A stretch of DNA of 63,910 bases, counting the filler, from Licmophora abbreviata (lineage: Eukaryota), in assembly GCA_900291995.1 (NCBI GenBank). It is 13 parts of 13 records of this genome, joined end to end, with 100 filler letters (N's around TTAATTAATTAA, not from the genome) between each part and the next. Parts side by side here need not be neighbours in the genome. Positions count along the whole stretch, not along the records: positions 31,589 to 36,475 come from OLMU01000855.1; positions 36,576 to 38,247 come from OLMU01000856.1; positions 38,348 to 51,894 come from OLMU01000857.1; 10 more parts are not named here. One strand, given 5' to 3'. Position 1 is the stretch's first letter, and each line of letters starts with the position of its first letter. Under the pieces are notes generated by a model. It had not been told where the DNA came from and did not search any database. It was given only the letters and a program-made list of their open reading frames with translations. Made by a program: the position numbers and the translations under genes. Positions 35,055 to 47,449 of this stretch are shown in pieces.

Positions 35055-37250
35055 ATGGAGGACGAACGTCCAATGGAAAGCAGAATTTGTCCTCGCGTCA
35101 AACACAGGCGATCTCGGCGTCTACTCATCGCGTTTGCCATTCTCGCGGTCATTGTCTTGTTGATCGGGGTCGTAATTGTAGCCCTCTCTGCCGGCTCATC
35201 TTCTTCCCCTAGCGCCAGTAGTGTGGGCGATGAAAAGGTGCGCGTGCATGTACAATATACTGTCGGTACCACGTTGGCCAACGCTCATGTCTTTTCGCTA
35301 ATTATATGCCGTACAGAATTCAGCTACTGCCAGCCCCAGCCCAACACGCGACGAAGAAATGATGTCACCGAGCCCTAGTACTACAGCGCCACAACCAGTC
35401 GATCCCAACATACCGCCCCGACCGAGTTCTATGGCACCATCGCAGGCAACCAAAACTCCTCTGCCAAGCACAATACCACAGTCACAAAACCCGACCGCAG
35501 CTACAGCCCAGCCAAGTTCTATGACCTCCGAACCAAGCCCTGTAACTGAGAGTCCTGTCACTGCTCAACCAAGCAACGTAGCAAGCTCACCGATGGTCAC
35601 GGCGACGGCATCTCCGGTGGGCGGGGCCTCTTCTCCAACAATACAGCCATCTGCTTTTCAGACTGGAACCCCATCATCGTTTTCTTCTTCTCCCACGTTA
35701 CAGCCATCGGTGTTCCCGACATCGTCACCGACAGTCAGTATCACTGGAGTCCCATCAGCTGGTACGTCTTCCCCAACTCTACTACCGTCTGTGCTTCCGA
35801 CGGCAGCAGCATTCACGGAAGGCCCATCGACAGGCTCGTCTTTTCCGACAACGAAATTATCTGCGTTTCCGACCTCAATACCGACGGTCGAAACTAGTGA
35901 CGCCCCATCGGTAGGCACCTCTTCTCCAAGTCCACCGCCAACCACCTTGCCGATTCCTCAAGTCACTATGTTGCCAGTACCACGTCCGACTGAGTTCCCA
36001 TCACCACAACCTACCTCACGACCAAGTTCACTCCTCACATCAGAGCCGACATCGACACCAGCGGCGCAACCAACGACATTGCCTACACCAGCACCAACGC
36101 CGCGACCAACGACATTGCCTACGCCAACACCAACGCCAACACCAACGCCACAACCAACGACGTTCCCTACACCTGCACCGACGCCGCGACCAACGATGCT
36201 CCCTACATCAACACCAACGCCACGACCAAGTGTGCTGCCAACGTCGGCGCCGACGCTGCGACCGACTATGCTGCCTACACCACAACCCACGATTGTCACA
36301 GCACAACCATCAGACGTTGTAGTAGCTGCGCCGACGCCTCCGCCGGCTTCGTCCGTCGCCGGCCAGGAACTCCCCACGTCGTCGACAGCTGAAGCGTCAC
36401 TCCGCACATCGGCTCCATCGTTTGATCCACAGGGTCCCACTGCTGCGGTACTGCTTGCCGAGGGTATCACGTACCNNNNNNNNNNNNNNNNNNNNNNNNN
36501 NNNNNNNNNNNNNNNNNNNTTAATTAATTAANNNNNNNNNNNNNNNNNNNNNNNNNNNNNNNNNNNNNNNNNNNNTTTGACGACCGGAACCCGAGAGTTC
36601 CTCGTTTTTTCGTATCTGAGGACCGGTCGCGAGGTGCACTGCGACGCTTTACACCTAATACTGTGAACATGGAGGATCCATGGAGTATGTTACATGGTAA
36701 CGGCACTTTGCAGTATCTCGTAATGATGCCTGGTTCCGGTGACAACGCACGGGGAACGTACTACTGGACGGACGATCAAGACGAAGCGAAGGCTAATGCG
36801 CAACAGCACTATCCTTACTCGGAAGGGATTGATCGAGACAAGAACATTCTATATATGGTTTGTAAAAAGGTGAAATGGATTTTCCTGATTAACCTGGACG
36901 ACTTCACCTATGAGCGATATTCAACTGAACACGGAGTGTTTGATGGAAAGCCGGATCAGATAAGCCGCATTGTGGGATCAAATCAGGATATTCTCTATTT
37001 TAGCGAAGAGCATGGAGAAACTAATGGGATTCATGGAAGGAACAGTGTTGGTCAGTTCTTTACCATTCTCGAGTTGCCGGGCCATCGAAGCGAAACGACA
37101 GGGGTAAGCTTTTCTCCAGATGTGAAACGCATGTACTTTGCTGGGCAGGACGATGGTATTGTCTTTGAAGTGAGGCGCGCAGATGGCCGTCCGTTTCATG
37201 GCAAGACATTGAACGTCCACTATCACAACCAAGCGGCGGGGCCGTCGTGA
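35055..37250 (+). CDS. phoX: Membrane-anchored PhoX-family phosphatase, copy 2 (long mucin-like stalk; N-half of the catalytic domain lost in a gap); intron 35238-35316
   Basis: TM exon, about 385 aa PT/PS-rich stalk to EGITY, gap, then FDDR..FFVSED..GALRRF...SEGID...[10 protein letters not shown]...FHG, collinear with copy 1. Confidence 0.82.
35940..36300 (+). repeat. Degenerate coding tandem repeat of PT(T/M)LPTP(A/T)PTPR units in the phoX copy 2 stalk
   Basis: Repeated CCAACGACATTGCCTAC / CCAACGCC units. Confidence 0.8.
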
Positions 37251-37767
37251 TATACCAGGGAAGTTTCGACGTCTAGGGTTTGCCATCATAGCTAGAAGAG
37301 TTGCGGGCTATGCTACCAGCCACAGATACGACGCAGCATCTTCATACATTCATACTATTATTCCCATTTTATTCAATGTCCATACCGGTATCATCTACGC
37401 TTGCGGATGTGTGAGCTTGTCTCCGGCGCTGTCGCCCTTTGAAGAGAGCTGATCGTGTAGGGGCTCCTTGCGTCGAATGAGACTTCAAATGGGGACCTGC
37501 CAGCGCGCGCTGTCTGGCGAGTTTTGGGCGATGTTTGAGCGACTTGAGAACACCCTCTCTGCACGCACTCTGAACTTTGCGAAAAGTTTGGCGCCAAAAA
37601 TTGTCAGGGTGATCGCAGTTTCGAGTTCGCAACATCGACGTGAACCCAAACCAATTTCTAAATCATAGTCTATTCAGACCTACCCTGGCACCTGTTTTCA
37701 ACTTGTACAATCTTCTTGCGAAACTTTGGAGTGACGATGCGTGCCGAGTGAAACCTCAAATGCTACC

Positions 37768-39025
37768 ATGGTGACTGTTTCGCATACAATTTGTCGCTGG
37801 AGAGACAAGAGGTCGCGTCGTTTGGCCAGAATCGTTGGTGTATTGACGGGCGTCTTGGTCTTGATCGGTGTCACAGTCGTCGTGATCGTTGTAGCCGCCT
37901 CCTCCCGTTCCAGTAGTGAAGTCCCTGTGGAGGTGAGAATGCAAGAATTGGTCTCTCTGAAGGGACACAGAGTGCGATCTCAACTAACCATGATGTCCTG
38001 TGTCACTAGGAGCCGCTTGACGACCTAGCCAGTCCCAGTCCCAGTTTCAGCCCCACACTGAATCCCAGCCCCTATCCGATTGAGTCGACGTCTGAATCTC
38101 CCTCCTCAATACCCAATACCAGTACGCCGAGCCTCAGCACTGGAAGCCCAGTTGTATCGACATCACCATTGCCTGGCTCTCCCGCTCCGTCGCTCGATCC
38201 ACAGGGTCCCACCGCAGAGGTATTGCTCGCTGAGGGTATCACGTACCNNNNNNNNNNNNNNNNNNNNNNNNNNNNNNNNNNNNNNNNNNNNTTAATTAAT
38301 TAANNNNNNNNNNNNNNNNNNNNNNNNNNNNNNNNNNNNNNNNNNNNTTCGACAACCGGGATGCGAGTCGGCCCCATTTCTTTGTATCGGAGGATCGATC
38401 ACGCGGCGCGCTCCGACGTTTTGCGCCCGATTTGGTCGATTGGGAAGATCCTTGGAGCATGCTGCACGGCAATGGCACTCTGGAGTACCTCGTCCTGGAA
38501 CCTGGTTCCGAGGACAACGCGACTGGCACGTACTACTGGACATCTGATAAGCGCGAATCGCAGCTCAATGCACAGCTAAACTACCCCGACTCGGAAGGGA
38601 TTGATCGCGATAAAAACTTCCTGTACATTGTGTGCAAAAAGGTGAAATGGATGTTCATCGTTAATCTTGACGACATGACGTACGTGCGACACTCGACAGT
38701 ACATGGCGTGTTCGATGGGAAGCCGGATCAGTTGGGTCGTATCCTGGGGAAGGACCACGATATTCTGTATTTTACGGAAGAGCACGGACGTACGAACGGA
38801 ATTCATGGGCGAAACAGTGCGGGGCAGTTCTTCACCATTCTGGAGACGCCAGGCTATCGAAGCGAAACGACTGGCATTTCATTTTCGCCCAACAGTATGC
38901 GCATGTACTTTGCAGCTCAGGATGACGGTGTGATATTCGAGGTGATGCGCGCGGACGGAAGACCATTTCATGGAATGACGTTGAACGTGCACTATCACAA
39001 CCAGGCGACGGTACCATCTTTGTAG
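37768..39025 (+). CDS. phoX: Membrane-anchored PhoX-family phosphatase, copy 3 (short stalk; same part missing in a gap); intron 37933-38009
   Basis: TM exon, about 79 aa stalk to EGITY, gap, C-terminal half closely similar to copy 2 ([14 protein letters not shown]...ETTGISFSP...FHGMTLNVHYH). Confidence 0.82.
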
Positions 39026-39290
39026 GGTTGGGATGTGGCTTGCCACTGCTAGCATTAGGAGTGTAATGTTATGGATTTATCCTTTTTATCTTCAAGCGTG
39101 TTCGTGGCCGACGAGAATGAATCATTCGCACTCGAACCTCTACCTGGTATCATACCGGTGATGGTAGTAGCGGTTGACTGACTCGCGTGAAGAGCATGCA
39201 TTTGAAAATAGCTCGTGTCCATAGCTCGAAGTGTTTTGTGTGTGTTGAATTTCTGTTCGAGAATGCAGAACGCACATCGAACATCAGCGC

Positions 39291-40621
39291 ATGACCATGA
39301 CGAACTTTGGCCATCGCCAGTTGATTTTCGGGCTGATGGGGACCCCCCGTTTACTTTTGACTGTGATAATTTTCTTCTCATACTTCAGAAGTAGTAATTC
39401 TGGCTTGATGCGCTCCAGAAAGAGCCAGATAAGGCGAGATTCGACTTCCGATTCTAGCAGATGGGATGAGTTTCCTTCCTACCGCGACACAGTGGAACTT
39501 GCTCGACTGTCGCACTTAGTTTATCGATTTCGAGGACAAGGATCCTGCAATGCGACCGACTCGGATGGAGCACCCCTGTTGCCCTCTGATCTTCACTGCC
39601 ATTTTTACTTTCACAGCCCAAAGCAGGGCACGCAGCTTCTGCTTCTCTCGTCCGACGTGCACTCGTATATTGCCGTCGTCTTTGCAGGAACTGATGATCT
39701 GAGGACGGCGCTGACCGATACTGACATACTGGAGAAGCCCTTTGGTAAACTTGATGAAAATGGAGAGTCCTTGATTCTTCCAGGACCTGCACGAGTACAC
39801 GCCGGCTTTGATAATGCCGTCTTTGGTGACGGGCTATACGACATGATTCTTGACAAAGTCGACGAGTTGCACGTCCTGCAAAACAGCTACCGCGTGTTTC
39901 TAACTGGCCACAGCCTCGGTGGGGCTGACTCGGTTCTCACAGCTGTTGCACTGGCGCATCACTACCCGGAGCTGCCCGTTACCAGTATAAGTTTTGGGTG
40001 CCCCAAGACAGGCAATAGACACTGGCGAGACGCTGTACACGGCTCCTTTCCGAACTTGTCCATATGGAGGTTTGTGCATGGCTGGGACTTGGTTCCAAGA
40101 CTGCCAGAGTATCCCTTTGACCACGTAGGACATACACTACAGATGAATCCTAGTGCAATGAATGCGTACTACTTTCACCGCGGGAATGTGACTTTGGGAT
40201 ATGCGGGAGTCCCGCTCGGTTGGTCGTGTACGTACTTCTATTCCGGTAGCTGCGCATGCTTGGTGGAAGTGTTGTTATGCGTCGTCAAGCTAAGACTCAC
40301 CTCCCTTTGGCGCCACCACGTTTCTGCTGCTCAGCCAAAATATGGATCTTCATTCCGGGTGCGATGTGGTCACATTCTTGTAGAAAGTACGAAGCTTATC
40401 TATGGAACCAGTCAAGGATTGATCCCGACACCTACTTTGTCGACAAGTTTGTCCCTATTTCAATGCCCGACGATGACATGATGGATGACGACATTAATGA
40501 CGATGATCCTGCTTGGAATCCCCCAGATGATCTGTTTGTAAGAGACGATACTGACGACAACAAAGGCACGGCCGAGCTGAAAGATTGGCTAGTTGTCTTG
40601 GGCGACATCGCTTTACAGTGA
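39291..40621 (+). CDS. Class 3 lipase; intron 40228-40334
   Basis: VVFAGTD, VHAGF, LTGHSLGGA nucleophile elbow, SFGCPKTGN, DLVPRLP, HVG and a C-terminal His (WSHSC..Y). Confidence 0.9.
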
Positions 40622-40739
40622 GAGTCGAGTCGTACCATCATTCATGCTCATTCCTTTTACGATTCTAAGAGACTTAATCTAAGAGACAAGCGCTTGAATA
40701 CGCAACTGCAGTGCACTGCAACAATACCTTGCTAATTGA

Positions 40740-43121
40740 CTACACCGAGAAAAGCGTCTTGACTTGTTCGGGTGTGTACTGCAGAAAGGAGAGGTCCTCA
40801 TAGCCGCCTTTGTCGGAATGTATCGCAGCGTACAGCTCGTTGTATGTCCGACACACGGTCTCCGAAATCTTGGACTTGGCTAGCTTTCGGAGCACGGGGT
40901 CCTTAATGTTTTCAAAGGACGGCAGCGGAGGCGAATAAAGCGACGAATAAAACTCCTTCATGCTGGTGTCCACCTCTTCCGGTGTCAAACCGGGGTGAGT
41001 GGCCATGGTGACTCCTTCGACATCCAACATACTCTTCCATGCCGTCGCCATGGTCCTCAGTCCGCACAAGTCCAGTACAGTACTCGTTTCATTTTCCACC
41101 AAGCCATCAATCATATCTTGCTCTCTATGCGTAATCATTCCGTCCAACTTGGAAGCGACCGGTGTTGATAGTCCCGCCTTGTTGGCAGTTGCCAATGTCA
41201 GCTTCAACGCTACAGTATGATCCAGCGTGTGACACGACGACAAGGCTGCCGCCAAGAGCGTCTCTGCTACAAACTCCAACGAAAGCGATGGCTGGATCTC
41301 GGTCGGACACTCGACGTCAGTGGAGAATCCCGGTGAGTCTGTGCGGACACGTGTAATCTGTGTCATCATTGCTTGCGCGAGAGACGCTTCCGACTCGCCC
41401 GTCATGATCGTAATGGATTCGAGCATGGCAGCATAGACTCGGAGAGAGGCTGTATAGCCTTCTGTCGCTTCGTTGAGACACTCAACAATGGCTGTTACCA
41501 GTGGATTGTCCGGGATCTCGTGGCCCTTCTCAACGGCGAGCTTGTGCACCGCCTTGTCCAAGGCGGACCGGTAAAACAGCAAGAGACCAGCGATGGAATA
41601 CAGGGACGACACACGAGACCTCGCGGCAGCACCTTCCTCGTCATCGTCGAGCGTTCCATGCCCATCGTCGTCCTCGGTGCCATCATTCTTACGCGTCAAC
41701 GATGCAATAACTTGTATGATGCGGTGCTTGAGCGGGCGAGCAATTCCACTCATGGCATGAGCCAACATATCGGCCGCCGACATGCTGGACTGCGGCGCCG
41801 AAAAGTCGCCAAATTCATCGTCTTCTTTGTCCTCTTCGTTGACTGGATCTCCCTGGTCGTCATCCGACGACGATACCAATCCTTTGGCGACATCAGCTTC
41901 GACACTACACGTCTGGAAGGCAAACGCCAACATGTCTCCGACATAATTGACAGGGTCGTGTGCCTTCATTTCAATGGGAGGTTGACCGTCGTGTCCAGAA
42001 CTGAGCGCAAGTAGGAAACGTCGCGTTTCTTCTCCGCGACGCGCATTGGCAATCAACTCGAGCGTGTGCGAATAGAACGCCGGCACATACTGCAAGGTCC
42101 TCAAAGCCTGTCGAAGGAAGGGATGACTTAGCGCTTCGTCCATGGCATCTTGATCGATTTCAGGATGCGACGTTATCATTCCAGCACCACTGCTGTTTGT
42201 TGGAATATGCGAGACAGTATTCAAGTGAAGATAAGACTGAAGCCAATGGTAGAGACGTTCGTAGGCCCGTTCTTGCTTTTGCGCCAAGGATTCCATCATT
42301 CTCACGGCTGACGTAGCTCCGAGTCTCTTGGCATCTTCTAAAGAAGACGTCACGGTCAAATCCAGCATCGGATCTTTGACACTTCTATGGTGGCTAGCAG
42401 CACCGCTGTCGGGTCCAAAGGTCCGAGTGAGCTGATCGCGAATTGCGCGCACGCGTTCGAGTGCCTCCAAGAAGTGCGTTCCCTGAAAGGCAGTGTTTGC
42501 ATCGCCCTGTACGTCTTCGAAATTGTACTGATCCAACAAAACGGAATGCTCTTGGGAGAGATCGAACTTTTCGAGAAAGGAATGAACGGTCTCAGCCCGC
42601 ACCGCCGCCTCTTGGCGTTCACGAAAGGCTTCCGCCAATACCACAGCTAGCTGCTCCTCTTGCTCCAAGGAATCTTCCGGAGAAAGTTGCTGTTGAGGAT
42701 ACGATTCTGGAAGATTGCTACCAGTACCGGGCGTATTCGATTTCTGTTCTTCTCCTTCCTTGCCAGGCTGTGTGACAATGGTCTGGACACTGGGACTGAC
42801 GACATTGGTATGAATGGCGGCATCGACTCTGTGCGCAATGTTCGCAGTCTCCGTGACGCCCTGTCGCAAGGTTTGAACTGTCTGAAGCAGCGTCTTTAAT
42901 TCTTGTTGCAGTAACAAAGCCTGTTGAAGAGCATCTTGCTCAATGGCGACGCGGACACTGCGAGAATCCATGTCGTGCGACGACGGAAGGTGTGCCAGGG
43001 CATCGAGCGCGGCTTTCATGGCGGGAGTGTCGGTGCGCACTTCCAGAGCTCTCTGCACTTTGCTAGACAGGATAGACGTGCCTGGAGGGGCAGTCGCGAT
43101 TGAATCTACGCTTTCTTGCAT
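40740..43121 (-). CDS. COG6: Conserved oligomeric Golgi complex subunit 6
   Basis: About 793-aa helical ORF with QERAYERLYHW, RRFLLAL, PIEMKAHDPVNYVGDMLA and ARPLK.RI.QV motifs. Confidence 0.88.
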   Translation of the reverse strand: MQESVDSIATAPPGTSILSSKVQRALEVRTDTPAMKAALDALAHLPSSHDMDSRSVRVAIEQDALQQALLLQQELKTLLQTVQTLRQGVTETANIAHRVDAAIHTNVVSPSVQTIVTQPGKEGEEQKSNTPGTGSNLPESYPQQQLSPEDSLEQEEQLAVVLAEAFRERQEAAVRAETVHSFLEKFDLSQEHSVLLDQYNFEDVQGDANTAFQGTHFLEALERVRAIRDQLTRTFGPDSGAASHHRSVKDPMLDLTVTSSLEDAKRLGATSAVRMMESLAQKQERAYERLYHWLQSYLHLNTVSHIPTNSSGAGMITSHPEIDQDAMDEALSHPFLRQALRTLQYVPAFYSHTLELIANARRGEETRRFLLALSSGHDGQPPIEMKAHDPVNYVGDMLAFAFQTCSVEADVAKGLVSSSDDDQGDPVNEEDKEDDEFGDFSAPQSSMSAADMLAHAMSGIARPLKHRIIQVIASLTRKNDGTEDDDGHGTLDDDEEGAAARSRVSSLYSIAGLLLFYRSALDKAVHKLAVEKGHEIPDNPLVTAIVECLNEATEGYTASLRVYAAMLESITIMTGESEASLAQAMMTQITRVRTDSPGFSTDVECPTEIQPSLSLEFVAETLLAAALSSCHTLDHTVALKLTLATANKAGLSTPVASKLDGMITHREQDMIDGLVENETSTVLDLCGLRTMATAWKSMLDVEGVTMATHPGLTPEEVDTSMKEFYSSLYSPPLPSFENIKDPVLRKLAKSKISETVCRTYNELYAAIHSDKGGYEDLSFLQYTPEQVKTLFSV

Positions 43122-43470
43122 GACCAAACTGACGAAAAGACCACGGAAAGCTTCACAACGAGACGATCGACGGCCAAGACACCGTCATTGTGACAGTGGG
43201 CACCGCTCTCATCGCCGGGTCATTTTCGGTTGGATACCTTTTCCGGGTTTTCAGAATCCCGGAAGTATCATACGAGTAAGACCATCAAAGAGTCCGTCCT
43301 TCGCTCCGCTGGATCCAATCTGCACCGCTCAAAAAAGTTTTTAGTTTTGATTAAATTCATCACCATGACAGCTTGCCGGCAGTAGCTTGGTGCCCGTTGC
43401 AGTGTTCTCTTGCAGACTCGTCATCGCTCACTCATCATAGATCTCTAGACAAAGACTCCTAGATCGCGCT

Positions 43471-46400
43471 ATGTCGTCGAGACGAAAAGCTCGAGGCAAG
43501 AGTGCCGATGCTACGGCTTCCCGGAAACAAGAGCCGACGGCGGGAGAACTGCCTGCATCGCTGGATCACGTCGCTACGTCCAGTCGAACGACGAAAAGGA
43601 TACTGTGGGGTCAAGTGCGAGCCTCTCCCTATGGCTCGTGTCTGGAACATGTGACGAAAGAAGGCTCCATCGCCTCTGACATGTCCGCAGAGGCCTTTCA
43701 TCAGTGGCGTCAAGCGAACCTGCCCAAGCTCAGTTTTCCAAAAGAAGGATTCGATCATGTCTATGGACAGAAAACCATTCAGGCTGTCGACTCGGTTGAT
43801 TTGGGCGATCCCGTTGTGCCTGATGGTGGCGTTGGCGATGAGGATGTGGGAGCGACGCAGGCCGCCGTAGAAGCTCACACGCCACTCACCATGATGGCAT
43901 CCAAACACGAATTTGGGTCTGACAAGTCGCCTTTGGATGCTCCTGTCGGGGCCTTACGAGACAAATGGCGGCTACTGCCCCCACTTCCTGCGACTCCGCG
44001 GCGTCATGCGACAGCATATAGATTCCTTCAATCATTTTATCAACAAGGAAATGAAGCAGATCGTCCAGTCACCTTCGGCCTGTGAGATTCGAAGTGAACA
44101 CGATCCCAAGTTTTACCTCCGATACACAGACTGTTGGGTTGGAGAACCTACTGTTGATGAAGACTCCTATAGTAGTACGCAGGCAACTCCCTTTCAGTGC
44201 CGATTGAGAGATTGCACCTACTCGGCGCCCATCTACGTTAATGTTCGGTATACTCGCGGCAGACAGATCGTCGTCAAGAAGAAAGTGCTGGTGGGACGCA
44301 TGCCCGTTATGCTACGCTCCAACAAGTGTATCTTGCATAACAAGACAGAGCGACAGATGGCAGCCTTAAAAGAATGTCCCTACGATCCCGGGGGCTACTT
44401 TATCATTAAAGGAGTTGAGAAGGTGATTTTGATTCAAGAGCAGCTCAGCAAGAATCGTGTCATTTTGGAACAAGACAACAAAGGCAACATTACAGCCAGT
44501 ATCACGTCGTCGACGCACGAACGCAAGTCCAAAGCATATATTTTTGTTAAGAATCGTCGTATTTACATGAAGAATAACACTCTGGGAGAAGACATTCCCA
44601 TCGTCATTATTCTAAAAGCAATGGGCGCCGAGTCAGATTTGGAGTTGGTATCGTTGGTCGGGTCGGAACCTGAACTTGTCGATGTGTTGGCAATGAGTAT
44701 GGAAGAACCGTTGCGTCTCGGCATACATACGCAGAAGCAAGCCTTACAATACGTTGGAGGCAAGATTCGCGGACGGACTGCAATTACTGCTACTGGTACA
44801 GGGTGGTATCGCAAGCCGACGACTCCAGAGGAGGAGGCTAGGGACGTGCTGGCCAATGTGGTGCTGAGTCATGTGCCGGTTGACAATTTTGATTTCCGTC
44901 AAAAATGCATCTTTGTCGGACACGTTGTGCGCAGAGTGATATTCGTGCATCTCGGCAAGAGTCCTCTGGACGACAAAGATTACTACGGAAATAAGCGACT
45001 TGAACTTGCGGGGAATCTTCTATCGTTGCTGTTTGAGGATCTGTTCAAGCTGTTCAACAAGGATCTAAAGCGACAAGCCGATATGGTTCTTTCGAAAGCG
45101 AATCGGGCAATGGCGTTTGATGTTTGCAAGACTATTCGACCAGACACAATAACGAACGGATTCGTCGCCGCCATTTCGACCGGAAACTGGGTACTGAAAC
45201 GCTTCCGCATGGACCGAGCCGGCGTCACACAAGTGCTGTCACGACTGTCGTATATGTCAGCGCTAGGAATGATGACGCGAGTGAATAGTCAATTTGAAAA
45301 GACGCGAAAAGTGAGCGGACCTCGTTCTCTACAGCCGAGTCAGTTTGGAATGCTGTGTCCCGCAGATACTCCGGAGGGAGAGGCTTGTGGGCTCGTCAAG
45401 AACTTGGCGTTGTTGGCCCACATTACTACCGACGAAGATACCGGTCCCATTGAACGGCTTTGTTATGATCTGGGTGTCGAAGACGTGCGTCGTCTGACGG
45501 GTAACGAAATCCACTCTTTGGGCGCTTACCTTGTGTTCTTGAATGGCCTCATTCTTGGTGTGCACACGCGACCGAATGAGTTTGTGAGGCATGTCCGAAA
45601 CATGCGACGACGAGGACTCGCAGGGGAGTTTGTGTCGGTTTATCTCCACGAGGGTCAGCGATCTGTTCATATTGCTACTGATGGAGGGCGAGTGTGTCGA
45701 CCTCTCATTATTGTAGAGGAAAAGACTGGGTTACCAAGGCTGAAGCAGCACCATATGGAAGCGCTCGCAGTTGGTTCGCTTACGGTCCAAGGTTTGCTTC
45801 GAAAGGGGGTCGCTGAGTACGTCGACTGCAACGAAGAGAACAACACGTTCATTGCCGTGACTGAACGCGATTTGGAGGTGGCTCGAAAGGATGGGTCGAA
45901 TGATCACAAGATGAGATACACCCATCTTGAGATTGATCCGCTGACCATTCTTGGAGTAGTTGCTGGGCTCGTCCCTTTTCCTCACCACAACCAATCCCCT
46001 CGCAACACATATCAGTGCGCTATGGGGAAGCAAGCTATGGGTACGATGGCCTGCAACCAATACTCCCGCATGGATGGTCTTATCTATACCTTGATCTATC
46101 CGCAAAAGCCGCTGGTTAAGTCTCGGACACTGGATCTGGTCAACTTCGATAATATTCCAGGTGGTCAGAATGCTTGCATTGCCGTCATGTCCTACAGTGG
46201 GTACGATATTGAAGATGCTGTCGTCTTGAACAAGGCTAGCATTGATCGAGGCTTCGGGCGCTGTATGGTGCTGCGAAAACACCAGACTAGTGTGCGCCGA
46301 TATGCAAATGGTACTATGGATCGAACCTGCGGTGCACCTGACGCAAGTGGATTTCAGGATGGCGGCGACGACAAGCGCTACGCGAAATTCAAGGCGATTG

Positions 46401-47404
46401 ACAAAGATGGCATCTGTCGAGTTGGAGAAATGCTCGAAAGCGGCGCAGTAATGGTCAACAAGGAATCTCCAATGGATACATCCACTAATGTAGGAGGCGA
46501 CAGCTTCGGGGCGGGAACTGGACTGGCATCATCACAGGTTCAGTACAAAACGTCGGGTATGTCTTATCGCGGCGGGGCACCTTCGATGGTCGACAAGGTA
46601 CTCATCACGTCAAATGAGAATGAACAATTTCTGATCAAGGTGATGCTTCGCCAGGTGCGGCGTCCTGAGATTGGCGACAAGTTCTCTTCACGTCACGGAC
46701 AAAAGGGCGTTTGTGGGCTTATTGTACCCCAGGCTGACATGCCATTCAATGAGTTCGGTCACACACCAGACCTCGTTATGAACCCACACGGCTTTCCGTC
46801 TCGAATGACGGTCGGTAAGCTACTAGAGCTACTGGTAGGAAAAGCTGGAGTATGCGAAGGTCGACAGGCGTACAGCTCCGCTTTTGGCGAGGAGCATGGG
46901 TCGGCTGACACGGCAGCCGCTGCTTCCGAAGCGCTTATGCGGAACGGCTTGAACTACACCGGAAAGGATGTTTTGTATAGTGGTAGTAGTGGTAAGCCCC
47001 TTGACGCGTACATCTTTTCGGGGCCTGTGTTCTACCAGAAACTCAAGCATATGGTGTTGGATAAGGTTCATGCTCGTGCTCGTGGTCCCCGCGCCGTGTT
47101 GACGCGGCAGCCGACCGAAGGCCGTTCTCGCGACGGCGGGCTTCGCTTGGGAGAAATGGAGCGCGATTGCTTGATTGCCTACGGCGCGAGCAATCTCATA
47201 ATGGAGCGACTGATGCATTCCTCAGACGCATTCTCGGCAAGCGTATGCCTGACATGCGGACTCGTTCAGTACCAGAACTGGTGCCAGTACTGTCGCTCGG
47301 GAGAGAAAGTAGCGGACATTCGGCTACCGTACGCGTGCAAGCTTCTCTTCCAGGAGCTGCAGTCAATGAACGTACTACCGAGACTACGACTTGAGGATGT
47401 TTAG
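43471..47404 (+). CDS. POLR3B: RNA polymerase III second-largest subunit (RPC2) with an apparent 1-nt insertion at the C run 43978-43982
   Basis: DPGGYF, DTPEGEACGLVKN, HNQSPRNTYQ, GDKFSSRHGQKG, GLRLGEMERD; Pol III-type SGYDIEDA; the DKWRLLP-HFL..RG motif is split across two frames. Confidence 0.95.
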
Positions 47405-47449
47405 CGACCATTGTCGTTTCAATGATAGTTAGTCCAGGATTAGTCTTGA

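Noticed and set aside
35658..36470. Gly/Val-rich antisense ORFs (also 59861-60490 and 33996-34271)
   Set aside because: Shadow frames of Pro/Thr/Ser-rich coding repeats on the opposite strand.
37587..37598. Palindrome TTTGGCGCCAAA (E2F-like) upstream of phoX copy 3
   Set aside because: A single short palindrome, frequent by chance, with no supporting context.
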